DNA of 64,000 nucleotides from contig JBGQJN010000001.1 of the NCBI GenBank assembly GCA_041499075.1, positions 10,388 through 74,387 of the forward strand, written 5' to 3'. The position numbers and the translations under genes are program-made. Source of the DNA: Minisyncoccia bacterium (GTDB lineage Bacteria; Patescibacteriota; Minisyncoccia; 2-02-FULL-40-12; IGHO2-01-FULL-4-A). The first letter of the stretch is position 1; each line of letters opens with the position of its first letter. Positions 18,185 through 27,146 of the stretch are shown piece after piece. A model generated the notes under the pieces. That model ran no database searches, was not told the origin of the DNA, and saw only the letters and a list, made by a program, of their open reading frames with translations.

Positions 18185-18270
18185 CTCTGACTCGCGAAAA
18201 ATCGCGAGTTTTTATTTTTAAAGCGGCGGAATCGAAATGCCTTGCGTGTATCGCACTTGCTAAAAATCAA

Positions 18271-18429
18271 GCGTAGGCAGGGTACCCTCTGGGGGATTCC
18301 AAAATTGGGAATTGCTGGGTCGCAAGCGGTATAATTATTCCTACCGCGAGCGAATTCACAATTTTGAAATAGTGGAGTCTGCCGCTGGAGCAGACGGAAC
18401 GTCCTCCAGAGAGTACCCTGCCGAAGCGC
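18271..18429 (-). repeat. Structured intergenic repeat family 1, copy B (~160 nt); abuts rplB stop codon
   Basis: Near-identical to copy A; same closing stem cagggtaccctctgg / ccagagagtaccctg. Confidence 0.7.
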
Positions 18430-19257
18430 TTACTTTTTCCTCCTTCTTACTATAAACTTACTAGATTTTTTCTTGCGGTTACGCGTCTTAACTCCCAGTG
18501 CGTGTTTGCCCCATGGTGTCTTCGGATATTTCAAACCGATTGATTGTCTGCCTTCTCCTCCGCCATGCGGATGATCCACTGGATTCATGGCCGAACCGCG
18601 CACTTTTGGCCGTCTACCAAGATAGCGCGAACGGCCGGCTTTGCCAAGACTGATCGAACCGTGTTCCGTGTTGGATAATTGCCCGATAGAAGCCATGACT
18701 TCACCGCTAAAACGCCTGACTTCAGATGACGGCATAACCACCTGGACATACTTGCCTTCGTGCGCCAGCACCGTGGCACCGCCGCCAGCCGAGCGGACCA
18801 CCTGCCCGCCTTTGCCCGGCTGTAACTCAAGATTGTGGACTATCGTGCCTTGAGGGATATTTTTAAGTTTCATCCTGTTGCCCGGCTCAAGCGCCGTTTT
18901 TTCAGAAGCGACAATGCTACTGCCGGCCCTTAATCCTTCCGGAGCGAGAATGTACCTTCGCTCGCCGTCGGAGTAATGCAGTCTGGCGATCCTTGCGGTA
19001 CGATTTGGATCGTACTCAATGGAGAAAACTTTAGCCGGTATGTTCACTTTGTCCTGTTTGAAATCAATAAACCGGTAAACCCTCTTCACGCCGCCGCCGC
19101 GATGTCGGGAGGTTATCCGACCTTGGTTATTCCTGCCGACCGCACGCTGAAAACCGGTCATTAGATTCTTCAACGGCTCAACTTTGGACAGATTTGAGTA
19201 ATCATAACCCAGCATCTGCCTTCGTCCCGGGGTTGTCGGTTTGTATATTTTGGACAT
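18430..19257 (-). CDS. rplB: Ribosomal protein L2
   Basis: 275 aa, VDHPHGGGEG motif. Confidence 0.95.
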   Translation of the reverse strand: MSKIYKPTTPGRRQMLGYDYSNLSKVEPLKNLMTGFQRAVGRNNQGRITSRHRGGGVKRVYRFIDFKQDKVNIPAKVFSIEYDPNRTARIARLHYSDGERRYILAPEGLRAGSSIVASEKTALEPGNRMKLKNIPQGTIVHNLELQPGKGGQVVRSAGGGATVLAHEGKYVQVVMPSSEVRRFSGEVMASIGQLSNTEHGSISLGKAGRSRYLGRRPKVRGSAMNPVDHPHGGGEGRQSIGLKYPKTPWGKHALGVKTRNRKKKSSKFIVRRRKK

Positions 19258-19261
19258 ATTA

Positions 19262-19681
19262 TTATGCCGCTAAGTCTATTTTACTGCCCTCTTTTAAGGT
19301 TACGATCGCCTTTTTGAAACCTGGCTTATGGCCCTCGTATTTACCGATCATCCTCTGTCTGGCTCTGGCTTTCAATATATGTACCTTGACAATGCTCACC
19401 TTATACAGCTTCTCAACAGATTTTTTTATATCAATTTTATTGGCACCATCAGCCACCTTGAATACATATTTATTGAGCGAACTCATGAGTGAACCTTTCT
19501 CGGTGATGTACGGCGCCAAAATTATTCCGTAAGCATGTTCGTCTTCGCCTTTGGGCATTGCTACCGCACCTTCTTCGGCCTTAATTTCTGCCGCTTTTTT
19601 CCCTAGGTCCGCTTCGCGGACCAGGATCCCGGCCGTAGGCCTAGGGACTTTTTCAGTTTTCTTTTTTCCAAATATAGCCAT
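19262..19681 (-). CDS. rplW: Ribosomal protein L23 (with N-terminal extension)
   Basis: Core KYVFKVADGANKIDIKKSVEKLYKV. Confidence 0.8.
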   Translation of the reverse strand: MAIFGKKKTEKVPRPTAGILVREADLGKKAAEIKAEEGAVAMPKGEDEHAYGIILAPYITEKGSLMSSLNKYVFKVADGANKIDIKKSVEKLYKVSIVKVHILKARARQRMIGKYEGHKPGFKKAIVTLKEGSKIDLAA

Positions 19682-19690
19682 GATAAAAAA

Positions 19691-20350
19691 TTAAAGCTTA
19701 AATGTCTCGGCAATGACTGGCAGGGAATCCTTCAACAAAACCAGATATTTATTAGCCAGAACATCTTTTACATTCAAATTTCTTGCTGAGGCAGTATCTA
19801 TAAATGAAAGGTTACTGGTCGCTCTGAAAATCATTTTATCCTGGTTTGGCATGACAAGCAGAATTGAATCGCGCTTCTTCTTGGTTTCTTTGTAGCCATC
19901 CATCTTGCCTGACAAAATCTTGAAAACTCCGGCTGCCATTTTTGTCTTCGGAGATTCAAATTTAAGATTTTCTAGGACAATTAGCTCGCTGTCCTTGACT
20001 TTACTTGATAGGGCCATGAAAAGCGCGTTACGTTTCATTTTTTTATTTATTTTTTTGCTAAAATTGCGTTCTTTGGTTGGGCCAAATGTTACGCCGCCGC
20101 CTTTCCAAATCGGCGATCTGATGGAACCGTGTCTGGCCCGGCCGGTACCCTTTTGCTTCCAGGGTTTGCGTCCGCCGCCGTGTACTTCGCCCCTGCCTTT
20201 GGTATGCGCCAAGACTTGCCTGGAATTAGCTGACTGTGCTTCCAAAACCTGTCTCACCAAATCCGTGTTCATGGCCACGCCAAAAATCCTGTCCGGCAAG
20301 TCGACATCACCGATCATTTCAGCGTTTTGATTGTATAAGATTGTTTTCAT
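19691..20350 (-). CDS. rplD: Ribosomal protein L4
   Basis: Sequence and position. Confidence 0.85.
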   Translation of the reverse strand: MKTILYNQNAEMIGDVDLPDRIFGVAMNTDLVRQVLEAQSANSRQVLAHTKGRGEVHGGGRKPWKQKGTGRARHGSIRSPIWKGGGVTFGPTKERNFSKKINKKMKRNALFMALSSKVKDSELIVLENLKFESPKTKMAAGVFKILSGKMDGYKETKKKRDSILLVMPNQDKMIFRATSNLSFIDTASARNLNVKDVLANKYLVLLKDSLPVIAETFKL

Positions 20351-20973
20351 TATAATTTTACTATTTCTAAAATTGTGCTGCGTCTTCCCGGCACCGCTCC
20401 CTTGATTGCCAAAAAATTATTTTCCTTGTCCACGGCCGCCACTTTCAGGCCACGCGTGGTAACTCTTTTACCGCCCATGCGGCCGGCCATACGCATACCC
20501 TTGAGCGTGTGCTGCGGGAAACGCTGGCCGATTGAGCCAACATGTCGCATGACGTGGTGATGGCCGTGGCTCGCCGGCATACCGTGGAAACCGTGGCGTT
20601 TGACTGCTCCCTGGAAACCCCTACCCTTGGCTATACCGCTTATCTTGACCGTGTCGCCGACATCAAAAACCGAAACATCCAGGATATCGCCTCGTACCAA
20701 ATTTTTTTCTTCTTCGCCGACTTTGGCCTTCAAGATTTTAAATTCCTTGAGATACTTTTTACTCTCTAAGTCTTTTAGGTGGCCGGACTTTGCCTTGTTA
20801 CTCTTTTTCTCTTTGGCATAGCCGACTTGCACCGACTCATAGCCGTCTTTTTCTTTAGTTCTGATCTGGGTCACGGTTATCGGTCCGGCTTCAATCAAAG
20901 TCACCGGTATAACTCGTCCGTCTTCCTGAAAAATCCTGGTCATCCCGATTTTCTTACCTAGTATGAAACTCAT
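20350..20973 (-). CDS. rplC: Ribosomal protein L3
   Basis: Internal start MSFILGKKIGMTRIF is the canonical L3 N-terminus. Confidence 0.85.
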   Translation of the reverse strand: MSFILGKKIGMTRIFQEDGRVIPVTLIEAGPITVTQIRTKEKDGYESVQVGYAKEKKSNKAKSGHLKDLESKKYLKEFKILKAKVGEEEKNLVRGDILDVSVFDVGDTVKISGIAKGRGFQGAVKRHGFHGMPASHGHHHVMRHVGSIGQRFPQHTLKGMRMAGRMGGKRVTTRGLKVAAVDKENNFLAIKGAVPGRRSTILEIVKL

Positions 20974-21142
20974 TTTAACAGAAAACCCAGATTCAGCTGG
21001 GCAATTCAAACTAGCTGGATCTTTGTGTTACCAATCAAATTTTGCTTAACAAAATTTGCATTAAGTTATAATTGCTACCTTACCACGGAGCAAAAGTAGC
21101 AAAGATGGCTGTACAAATTTTGCACAGTCATCTCTATTACTT

Positions 21143-21478
21143 TTACATTTTTATTTCAATATCTACACCGGCTGGCAAATTAAGATTCATTAAGGAATCT
21201 ATGATCTTGGAATTGGGTTGGGAAATATCAATCAGGCGCTGATGGACGCGCATCTCAAACTGCTCACGCGAATTCTTATCAATGAAGGCCGCGCGATTGA
21301 CGGTATACTTGTGGATCTGCGTCGGCAACGGCACCGGACCGGTGACATGGCCGCCGTTGCGCTCAATCGTCTCCACGATCTGCTTGGCAGATTTATCTAT
21401 GATCTTATTATCATACGCCTTGAGCTTGATTCTTATACGCTGGGCTAATTCCGGTGGTTTGTCTTTTTTAGTTGGCAT
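21143..21478 (-). CDS. rpsJ: Ribosomal protein S10
   Basis: Sequence and position upstream of rplC. Confidence 0.9.
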   Translation of the reverse strand: MPTKKDKPPELAQRIRIKLKAYDNKIIDKSAKQIVETIERNGGHVTGPVPLPTQIHKYTVNRAAFIDKNSREQFEMRVHQRLIDISQPNSKIIDSLMNLNLPAGVDIEIKM

Positions 21479-21542
21479 TTTCGTAAGGTGCTAAGGTACT
21501 ATTACTGACAACCCCGCCGAGTCTGACTCGGCGGGGTTGTTT

Positions 21543-22745
21543 TTATGCATTAATTTTTGTAACAACTCCGGCCCCTACCGTCTTACCACCCTCTCTGATG
21601 GCAAAACGCTGTTTCTCTTCCATAGCAATCGGGGCAATGAGTTTAACTTTGAATGTAACGGTATCTCCCGGCATAACCATTTCTGTACCTTCCGGCAAAG
21701 TCACTTCCCCAGTCACGTCTGTAGTTCTAAAGTAAAATTGCGGCTTATAGCCCTTGAAAAACGGCGTGTGACGTCCACCTTCTTCTTTGGACAAAATATA
21801 GGTCTCGGCATCAAACTCCGTATGCGGCGTGATTGATCCGGGTTTGGCAAGCACCTGACCGCGAGCGACGTCTTCTTTTTTCAAACCTCGCAAGAGCAAA
21901 CCGGCATTATCCCCGGCCCTGCCTTCGTCAAGCTGCTTATTGAACATTTCAATGCCGGTTACCACGGTTTTAACGCTCGGCTTGAGGCCGACTATTTCCA
22001 ACTCTTCGTTAATTTTGACCTGGCCCCTTTCAATTCTTCCTGTCACGACCGTACCACGGCCTTCAATAGAGAAAACGTCTTCAACCGGCATCAAAAATGG
22101 TTTATCCAGTTCACGTACCGGTTCCGGAATGTAGGAATCGAGCGTGTCAACCAATTCTTTAATCGGCTTAATCGCCGGGTCATCCTTGGTCTTAGCTTCA
22201 AGAGCTTTCAGGCTGGAGCCACGGATTATCGGCGTCTTGTCGCCGGGAAATTGATTCTTGTTAAGTAATTCACGAATTTCCGCCTCTACCAAGTCGAGCA
22301 TTTCCGGATCATCTACTTGGTCAACTTTATTAAGAAAAACGATAATAGAAGGTACGCCGACTTGGCGGGCAAGCAGGATGTGCTCTCGGGTTTGAGGCAT
22401 GGGTCCGTCAGTTGCGGCTACGACAAGTATCGCGCCGTCCATTTGAGCGGCACCGGTGATCATGTTTTTGATGTAGTCGGCGTGGCCGGGTGCATCAACA
22501 TGGGCATAATGGCGTTTGGGCGTTGAGTATTCAGAGTGATGCAAAGCAATGGTAATACCTCTGGCTTTTTCTTCGGGAGCATTGTCAATCTGATCGATTT
22601 TCTCAACCCTAGCCTCGTAACCTTCGTCTTTATACATATCCAGAGTGTGCAAAATCGCCGCCGTTAAGGTGGTTTTGCCGTGATCAACATGACCGATTGT
22701 GCCTACATTCAAATGAGGCTTAGTTCTTTCAAATTTTCCTGCCAT
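21543..22745 (-). CDS. tuf: Elongation factor Tu
   Basis: [17 protein letters not shown]-type motifs; 400 aa. Confidence 0.95.
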   Translation of the reverse strand: MAGKFERTKPHLNVGTIGHVDHGKTTLTAAILHTLDMYKDEGYEARVEKIDQIDNAPEEKARGITIALHHSEYSTPKRHYAHVDAPGHADYIKNMITGAAQMDGAILVVAATDGPMPQTREHILLARQVGVPSIIVFLNKVDQVDDPEMLDLVEAEIRELLNKNQFPGDKTPIIRGSSLKALEAKTKDDPAIKPIKELVDTLDSYIPEPVRELDKPFLMPVEDVFSIEGRGTVVTGRIERGQVKINEELEIVGLKPSVKTVVTGIEMFNKQLDEGRAGDNAGLLLRGLKKEDVARGQVLAKPGSITPHTEFDAETYILSKEEGGRHTPFFKGYKPQFYFRTTDVTGEVTLPEGTEMVMPGDTVTFKVKLIAPIAMEEKQRFAIREGGKTVGAGVVTKINA

Positions 22746-22913
22746 ATTTGAGTCATTTATAGGTACTAGTTATTAGGTTGTAGGCATAAGCCTAGCACCC
22801 AAAAGTTAGCGCCTAATGCTCTTTAATAAATTGAAACCTGATTGATTTAAGAATTACCCCTCTGCTGGAGAAAGACTAAAAACAATCACGACCTTACCAT
22901 TATAATCCAAAGC

Positions 22914-23243
22914 TTAATCCAGGTCAATACCTTCAGCAACCTGTTCTGTGGATTGCTCGTCTCCAAGCAATTCGGCAGATTCTTTTTGCCTGATCTCCTC
23001 CTTGAGGGCCAGTATCTCCTGATTCAATCTGTCAAATATTTTCTGGTCCTCATAATTCAATGGTTCAGAAGAACCAATGGGCTCTCCGCCGGTATTATCT
23101 CGTCCGAGTATCTCTATATCTTCACCGGCATCAAGAGCCCGATATTTATCATAAGATAGTACCACAAATTCCGGCTCATTGCCATTCATAACTAAAATCG
23201 CGCCCACTCGTTTTATCATGTCCCTAAGTTTCTTAAAATCCAT
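22914..23243 (-). CDS. Hypothetical protein (109 aa); N-terminal region weakly Phd/YefM-antitoxin-like, acidic C-terminus
   Basis: VGAILVMNGNEPEFVVLSYDKYRAL resembles the beta-alpha core of YefM/Phd. No toxin partner is visible. Confidence 0.3.
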   Translation of the reverse strand: MDFKKLRDMIKRVGAILVMNGNEPEFVVLSYDKYRALDAGEDIEILGRDNTGGEPIGSSEPLNYEDQKIFDRLNQEILALKEEIRQKESAELLGDEQSTEQVAEGIDLD

Positions 23244-23362
23244 AATAATAACCTTCTAACAAAAAAGTGAGAACCATGCAAGCCAGCGAGTGGGAATGGT
23301 TGCGGCTTATCTACGGGCGGGGTTTGACTAAAAAAGCTAATTCTGCTAATCTGTCTCCAACA

Positions 23363-23830
23363 ATGGAGAGCACACCCGAAACCAAATCTTACGAGCTAGC
23401 CTATCACTTGACGCCTGATATTGAAGAGAGTGAGGCCAGAAACAGAGTGCAGGAGCTCAATGATATAATAACGACCAGCGGCGGTTCAGTTTTAGTTGCC
23501 AAAGAACCGAGAAAGATACATTTGTCTTACTCCGTTAAAAGCAAAAATTATGCTTACTTCGGGATAATGGACTTCCAGGCGGCCAGTGACTCGATAGACA
23601 AGATAAACAACCAGATGAAGCTTCAGAATTCCATCTTACGTTATTTGTTAGTTAAGAAGCCGGAATTCAAGGAAGTGCGAACTTTGGGTGAATATCGCGC
23701 TCGAGCTAGAGTCAAAAAGACTTATGAACCTGCGCCGACAGAAGCCCGCAAAAGCGCACCCAAAGAAAAAACGGCGGAAGAAAAAGCTCAATTAGATGAG
23801 GAACTGGCAAAAGTAATAGAAGGATTATAA
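23363..23830 (+). CDS. rpsF: Ribosomal protein S6
   Basis: KSYELAYHL...YAYFGIMDFQA pattern; the start is chosen at the internal MEST. Confidence 0.8.
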   Translation: MESTPETKSYELAYHLTPDIEESEARNRVQELNDIITTSGGSVLVAKEPRKIHLSYSVKSKNYAYFGIMDFQAASDSIDKINNQMKLQNSILRYLLVKKPEFKEVRTLGEYRARARVKKTYEPAPTEARKSAPKEKTAEEKAQLDEELAKVIEGL

Positions 23831-23834
23831 CAAT

Positions 23835-24368
23835 ATGAATCTAAACAAAGTTTTCTTAATCGGCCGGCTGGCCGCAGATCCGGAATCGCGTACAACACCA
23901 TCGGGGCAGACCGTGACTACTTTAAGATTGGCCACAAATCGCGTTTGGAATAACAGAACTACTGGCGAGAAACAAGAACAGGTTGAGTTTCACACCGTGA
24001 TTGCCTGGGGTAATCTCGCCGAAATATCCTCCAAATACTTACGCAAAGGCCAGCTGGCGCTTTTTGAAGGCCGGATACAGACAAGGTCATGGCAAGGCCA
24101 AGATGGTGTCAAGCGTTATCGCACCGAGATCGTAGCCGACGGCTTACAGTTGGGACCCAAGGCCAGCAATATGCCTGGTAGTTATACGCCAAGGGACTCA
24201 ACATCGGATCAGCAAGTCCAGAGCAATAAACCAGCTTCCGCCGCTAGCACAATAAAAGAAGAAGATATTCCGGTTATCAACGAAGACTCCCCTATTACCA
24301 GCGATCCGGTTATAGCCGATAGCGAAGTGGAGGAAAGTGAAATTAATCTTAAGGATATACCTTTTTAA
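23835..24368 (+). CDS. ssb: Single-stranded DNA-binding protein
   Basis: OB-fold N-terminus LIGRLAADPESRTTPSGQTVTTLRLATNR...FHTVIAWGNLAE and an acidic C-terminal tail ending DIPF. Confidence 0.9.
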   Translation: MNLNKVFLIGRLAADPESRTTPSGQTVTTLRLATNRVWNNRTTGEKQEQVEFHTVIAWGNLAEISSKYLRKGQLALFEGRIQTRSWQGQDGVKRYRTEIVADGLQLGPKASNMPGSYTPRDSTSDQQVQSNKPASAASTIKEEDIPVINEDSPITSDPVIADSEVEESEINLKDIPF

Positions 24369-24369
24369 T

Positions 24370-24582
24370 ATGGTTTGCATTTGTTGCCAGGAAAAAATTA
24401 ATCACGTTGATTATAAAAATACGGACATCCTCCGTAAGTTTGTCTCGGGCCAATTTAAGATCTCCTCTTCTGCCCGCACCGGCCTGTGCCAGAACCATCA
24501 GCGCATGGTCGCCAACGCCGTTAAACTCGCCAGATATATGGCACTGATGCCATATACGAAGTTACAGACATTGAAAAAATAG
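24370..24582 (+). CDS. rpsR: Ribosomal protein S18 (copy 1)
   Basis: MVCICCQEKINHVDYKNTDILRKFVS...; starts 1 nt after the ssb stop. Confidence 0.9.
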   Translation: MVCICCQEKINHVDYKNTDILRKFVSGQFKISSSARTGLCQNHQRMVANAVKLARYMALMPYTKLQTLKK

Positions 24583-24586
24583 TTGA

Positions 24587-24650
24587 CGAGTGTAGGCGAG
24601 GAAATACTGAGGCCAACAGGCCGAACGTGTCGCTCGCCCCTCAATTTTTC
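24587..24650 (+). repeat. Intergenic repeat family 2 (one ~30-nt unit GGCGAGGAAATACTGAGGCCAACAGGCCGAACGTG in stem-loop), directly after rpsR stop
   Basis: Shares TTGACGAG...GGCGAGGAAGTACTGAGGCTAGCAGGCCGAACGTGCCGCTCGC with 56848-56925 and, inverted, 29400-29521. Confidence 0.6.
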
Positions 24651-24867
24651 TTTCAACATCTGTCCCCGGCAAATAATATATTGATTTTCTCATTTCCCTG
24701 GATAAAAAATCATACCCCTTCCGCTACGCAGAGCCCCGACATTAGTCAGGGCTCTGCTTTGCCACATCCTAATTTATTTATCAGCGGAAGATATCAAAAA
24801 TCAATATTTATTTGTACGGCACCATATGGATGACGAGGATCAGAGAGTGTCGCTCTAGATCTCGCTA

Positions 24868-24896
24868 CAAAAACAAAACCGACATGCGATGTCGGC
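24868..24896 (-). terminator. Rho-independent terminator after 125-aa island gene
   Basis: ccgacatgcgatgtcgg hairpin followed by a U-run on the minus strand. Confidence 0.5.
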
Positions 24897-24900
24897 AGGA

Positions 24901-25278
24901 TTATTGAGCTAGAGCAACCTCGGGCTCGGGATCTGGCAATTGATCGGATTGCAAGAACTTACCAAGCAAAACTTCTCTCTCGAGACATGCTAAAGTTTTA
25001 TGGCCATAATTAACACCTTCATCATACCAAGGGATACCTTCTTCGTAAATCTCACGGGTGAATCCAGCGGCAATTAATTTTTCTTTATCAGAACTATACA
25101 ATTTATCCCAGATGACTTTGGCTTCTACATCAAAAGCTCTAGCTAGCGGGCAATTACATGTACCATGGCTACCGACACCTTTAAGCGCCTCTTCTTTTCT
25201 AGTAAATAACAGTCTAATCCATTGCTGCACATTTGCCGCTAATTTTTTAAAGATCCGCTCAAGCTCTGGATCCATCAT
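24901..25278 (-). CDS. Hypothetical protein (125 aa) with Cys/His cluster (HGTCNCP...H...C)
   Basis: ORF in the island between the rpsR copies; no recognisable family. Confidence 0.4.
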   Translation of the reverse strand: MMDPELERIFKKLAANVQQWIRLLFTRKEEALKGVGSHGTCNCPLARAFDVEAKVIWDKLYSSDKEKLIAAGFTREIYEEGIPWYDEGVNYGHKTLACLEREVLLGKFLQSDQLPDPEPEVALAQ

Positions 25279-25520
25279 CTTCCGGCTCCTTGTCTGATTG
25301 ATTATCTACCTGGAACTTTACACCATCTAAAATCTTCCGCAAGCCAAATATAAAAGTGCCAAAAGGCACTTTTATATTTGTTAGTTTCAGATGAATGACG
25401 AAAATCAGAGGACATCGCTTTGGCCTGGGGTATCCTTGGATGGGAACAGAAGCGGGTCACCGATACATTAGACGCTAGTATATGCGGACTAAACAACTGT
25501 TTAATCCCCTATCTAAAATA

Positions 25521-26348
25521 TTATGCCCTGTGTATTTCTAATAGATCGCTTAGAACACTGTCCAAGTACATTTTGATTTGTAGAATCTCCGACCGTCCCT
25601 CTCTGTGGCTGTGAGCCGAAAGTGATCCACGTTCATAAACAGCCCTGACTAAACGAGGCACACTTTCATCAACTATTTGAGCAGCCATTTTCGGAGCTTC
25701 CATGGCCGTATCGGGGATTTCTCTGATTTTGAGAATATAGTGTACTTTCTGTTTCATTGTTGGCTGCTTTTCCCCTTCTTCAAATTTAAAGCCAGGGATC
25801 GCCTCAACTTCGGCATCGGGAGCCAAGTGATCCAAAACCTCACGAAGAACCTCTCGCAACTCAGTAGCCGTACCTCGGTATGATGCTCGGTTTTCCTGCA
25901 GGTCAGCAAGTGCTTGTTTATACGATATCGCCGCTCCAGGAACAACCTGTTCAAGCATATTTAGTATAACTTCATCCTGCTGGGAAGTATTTTTTGTGGC
26001 TGTTCCTTGAGTCCCTCCGGAGAGTCGTTGACTATTTAAATATTCGCGAGATATTTCTGCCTCAGCAAGATTTGCTCCAATTTTTGCAAAAACTTTTTTG
26101 TATACTGTTACCGAGGTGCGGGCACTGGCCATTCTCATCAAATCTTGCATCTGCTTGTCCAGCACCTCCGTTGCAACCATGCCAACAACCAGTTCGGGCC
26201 GTAACTCTCGAAAATATCGTTGCACAAAATATCGGATTCGGTTCTGCAGATTAGCAGAACTGATTTGAATAGAATTGGCACGATTTACTCTGGAAAGAAT
26301 CAGTTTTGTTTCGCGCACAATGGAAAGAAAGGTGTCGCTTTCCGACAC
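25521..26348 (-). CDS. Hypothetical protein (275 aa), predicted all-helical; C-terminal R-x5-H motif (VYERGSLSAHSH) reminiscent of HEPN-type RNase/abortive-infection domains
   Basis: ORF in the island; motif-level resemblance only. Confidence 0.35.
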   Translation of the reverse strand: MSESDTFLSIVRETKLILSRVNRANSIQISSANLQNRIRYFVQRYFRELRPELVVGMVATEVLDKQMQDLMRMASARTSVTVYKKVFAKIGANLAEAEISREYLNSQRLSGGTQGTATKNTSQQDEVILNMLEQVVPGAAISYKQALADLQENRASYRGTATELREVLREVLDHLAPDAEVEAIPGFKFEEGEKQPTMKQKVHYILKIREIPDTAMEAPKMAAQIVDESVPRLVRAVYERGSLSAHSHREGRSEILQIKMYLDSVLSDLLEIHRA

Positions 26349-26384
26349 CCCAGGAGATGTGTTAGCAGATTTAATTCTAGCGGC

Positions 26385-26712
26385 GCTTTTTGAAGGCCGG
26401 ATTCAGACAAGATCATGGCAAGGCCAGGATGGCGTCAAACGCTACCGCACCGAGATTGTAGCCGATGGTTTACAACTGGGACCCAAGGCAAGTAATCCAA
26501 GCACTGCGAATTATCAATCAAACAATCAGACATCGAGACCATCCTCCTACACCTCTCCTTCGCATAAAGCTCCGGATGAGCAAAGCAAGTCTTCGGTAAA
26601 GGAAGAAGACATTCCCGTTATCAATGAAGACTCTCCCATTACCAGCGATCCGGTTATTTCTGATAGTGATGTGGAAGAAACGGAAATTAATTTAAAAGAT
26701 ATACCGTTCTAA
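26385..26712 (+). pseudogene. Diverged duplicate of the ssb 3' half (lacks OB-fold N-terminus)
   Basis: About 85-90% nucleotide identity to 24060-24368. Encodes LFEGRIQTRSWQGQDGVKRYRTEIVADGLQLGPKASN...EEDIPVINEDSPITSDPVI...INLKDIPF. The unrelated upstream frame supplies an ATG. Confidence 0.7.
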
Positions 26713-26814
26713 TCAACGAATAGCGAATATGTACGAATATACCAATATACGAAATGGATTAATTAGTACTTTCGTAAATTAGTATAAATTCGTAATTCGT
26801 TGATAGCGACAAGC

Positions 26815-27024
26815 ATGTGTATTTGTTGCCAGGAAAAAATTAATCACGTTGATTACAAAAATACGGACATCCTCCGCAAGTTTGTTTCCGGTCAATTTAA
26901 GATTTCTTCTTCGGCCCGCACCGGCCTGTGCCAGAATCATCAGCGCATGGTCGCCAACGCCGTCAAACTCGCCCGGTATATGGCGTTGATGCCTTATACC
27001 AAGTTACAAACTATAAAAAAATAA
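26815..27024 (+). CDS. rpsR: Ribosomal protein S18 (copy 2, intact paralog; many synonymous differences vs copy 1)
   Basis: MCICCQEKINHVDYKNTDILRKFVSGQFKISSSARTGLCQNHQRMVANAVKLARYMALMPYTKLQTIKK. Confidence 0.75.
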   Translation: MCICCQEKINHVDYKNTDILRKFVSGQFKISSSARTGLCQNHQRMVANAVKLARYMALMPYTKLQTIKK

Positions 27025-27063
27025 AAACTTCACTTGCCCCATACTTATTACCATAAGTGTGGG

Positions 27064-27104
27064 GTGGCCCTGATGCCGTACACCAAACTCCAGACTATAA
27101 AGAA
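27064..27104 (+). pseudogene. Third remnant of the rpsR 3' end (last ~13 codons LMPYTKLQTIKK*)
   Basis: ctgatgccgtacaccaaactccagactataaagaaataa matches copy 1 at 24540-24582 and copy 2 at 26983-27024, with synonymous changes. Confidence 0.6.
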
Positions 27105-27146
27105 ATAAAAAAAACCGCCAACCAGCGGATTTTTTATTTCTTATTT

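Noticed and set aside
22746-22913. tRNA genes upstream of tuf (common location)
   Set aside because: No cloverleaf or T-loop GTTCGAATC-like sequence recognisable. None called.
24583-26384. Integrase/recombinase gene within the ssb-rpsR island
   Set aside because: Neither island ORF shows tyrosine (R..H..R..Y) or serine recombinase motifs. Mobility is inferred only from the att-like duplications.
27025-27146. Rho-independent terminator after rpsR copy 2
   Set aside because: The ccgccaaccagcgg hairpin has only a 4-bp stem; too weak to call confidently, although T-runs follow.
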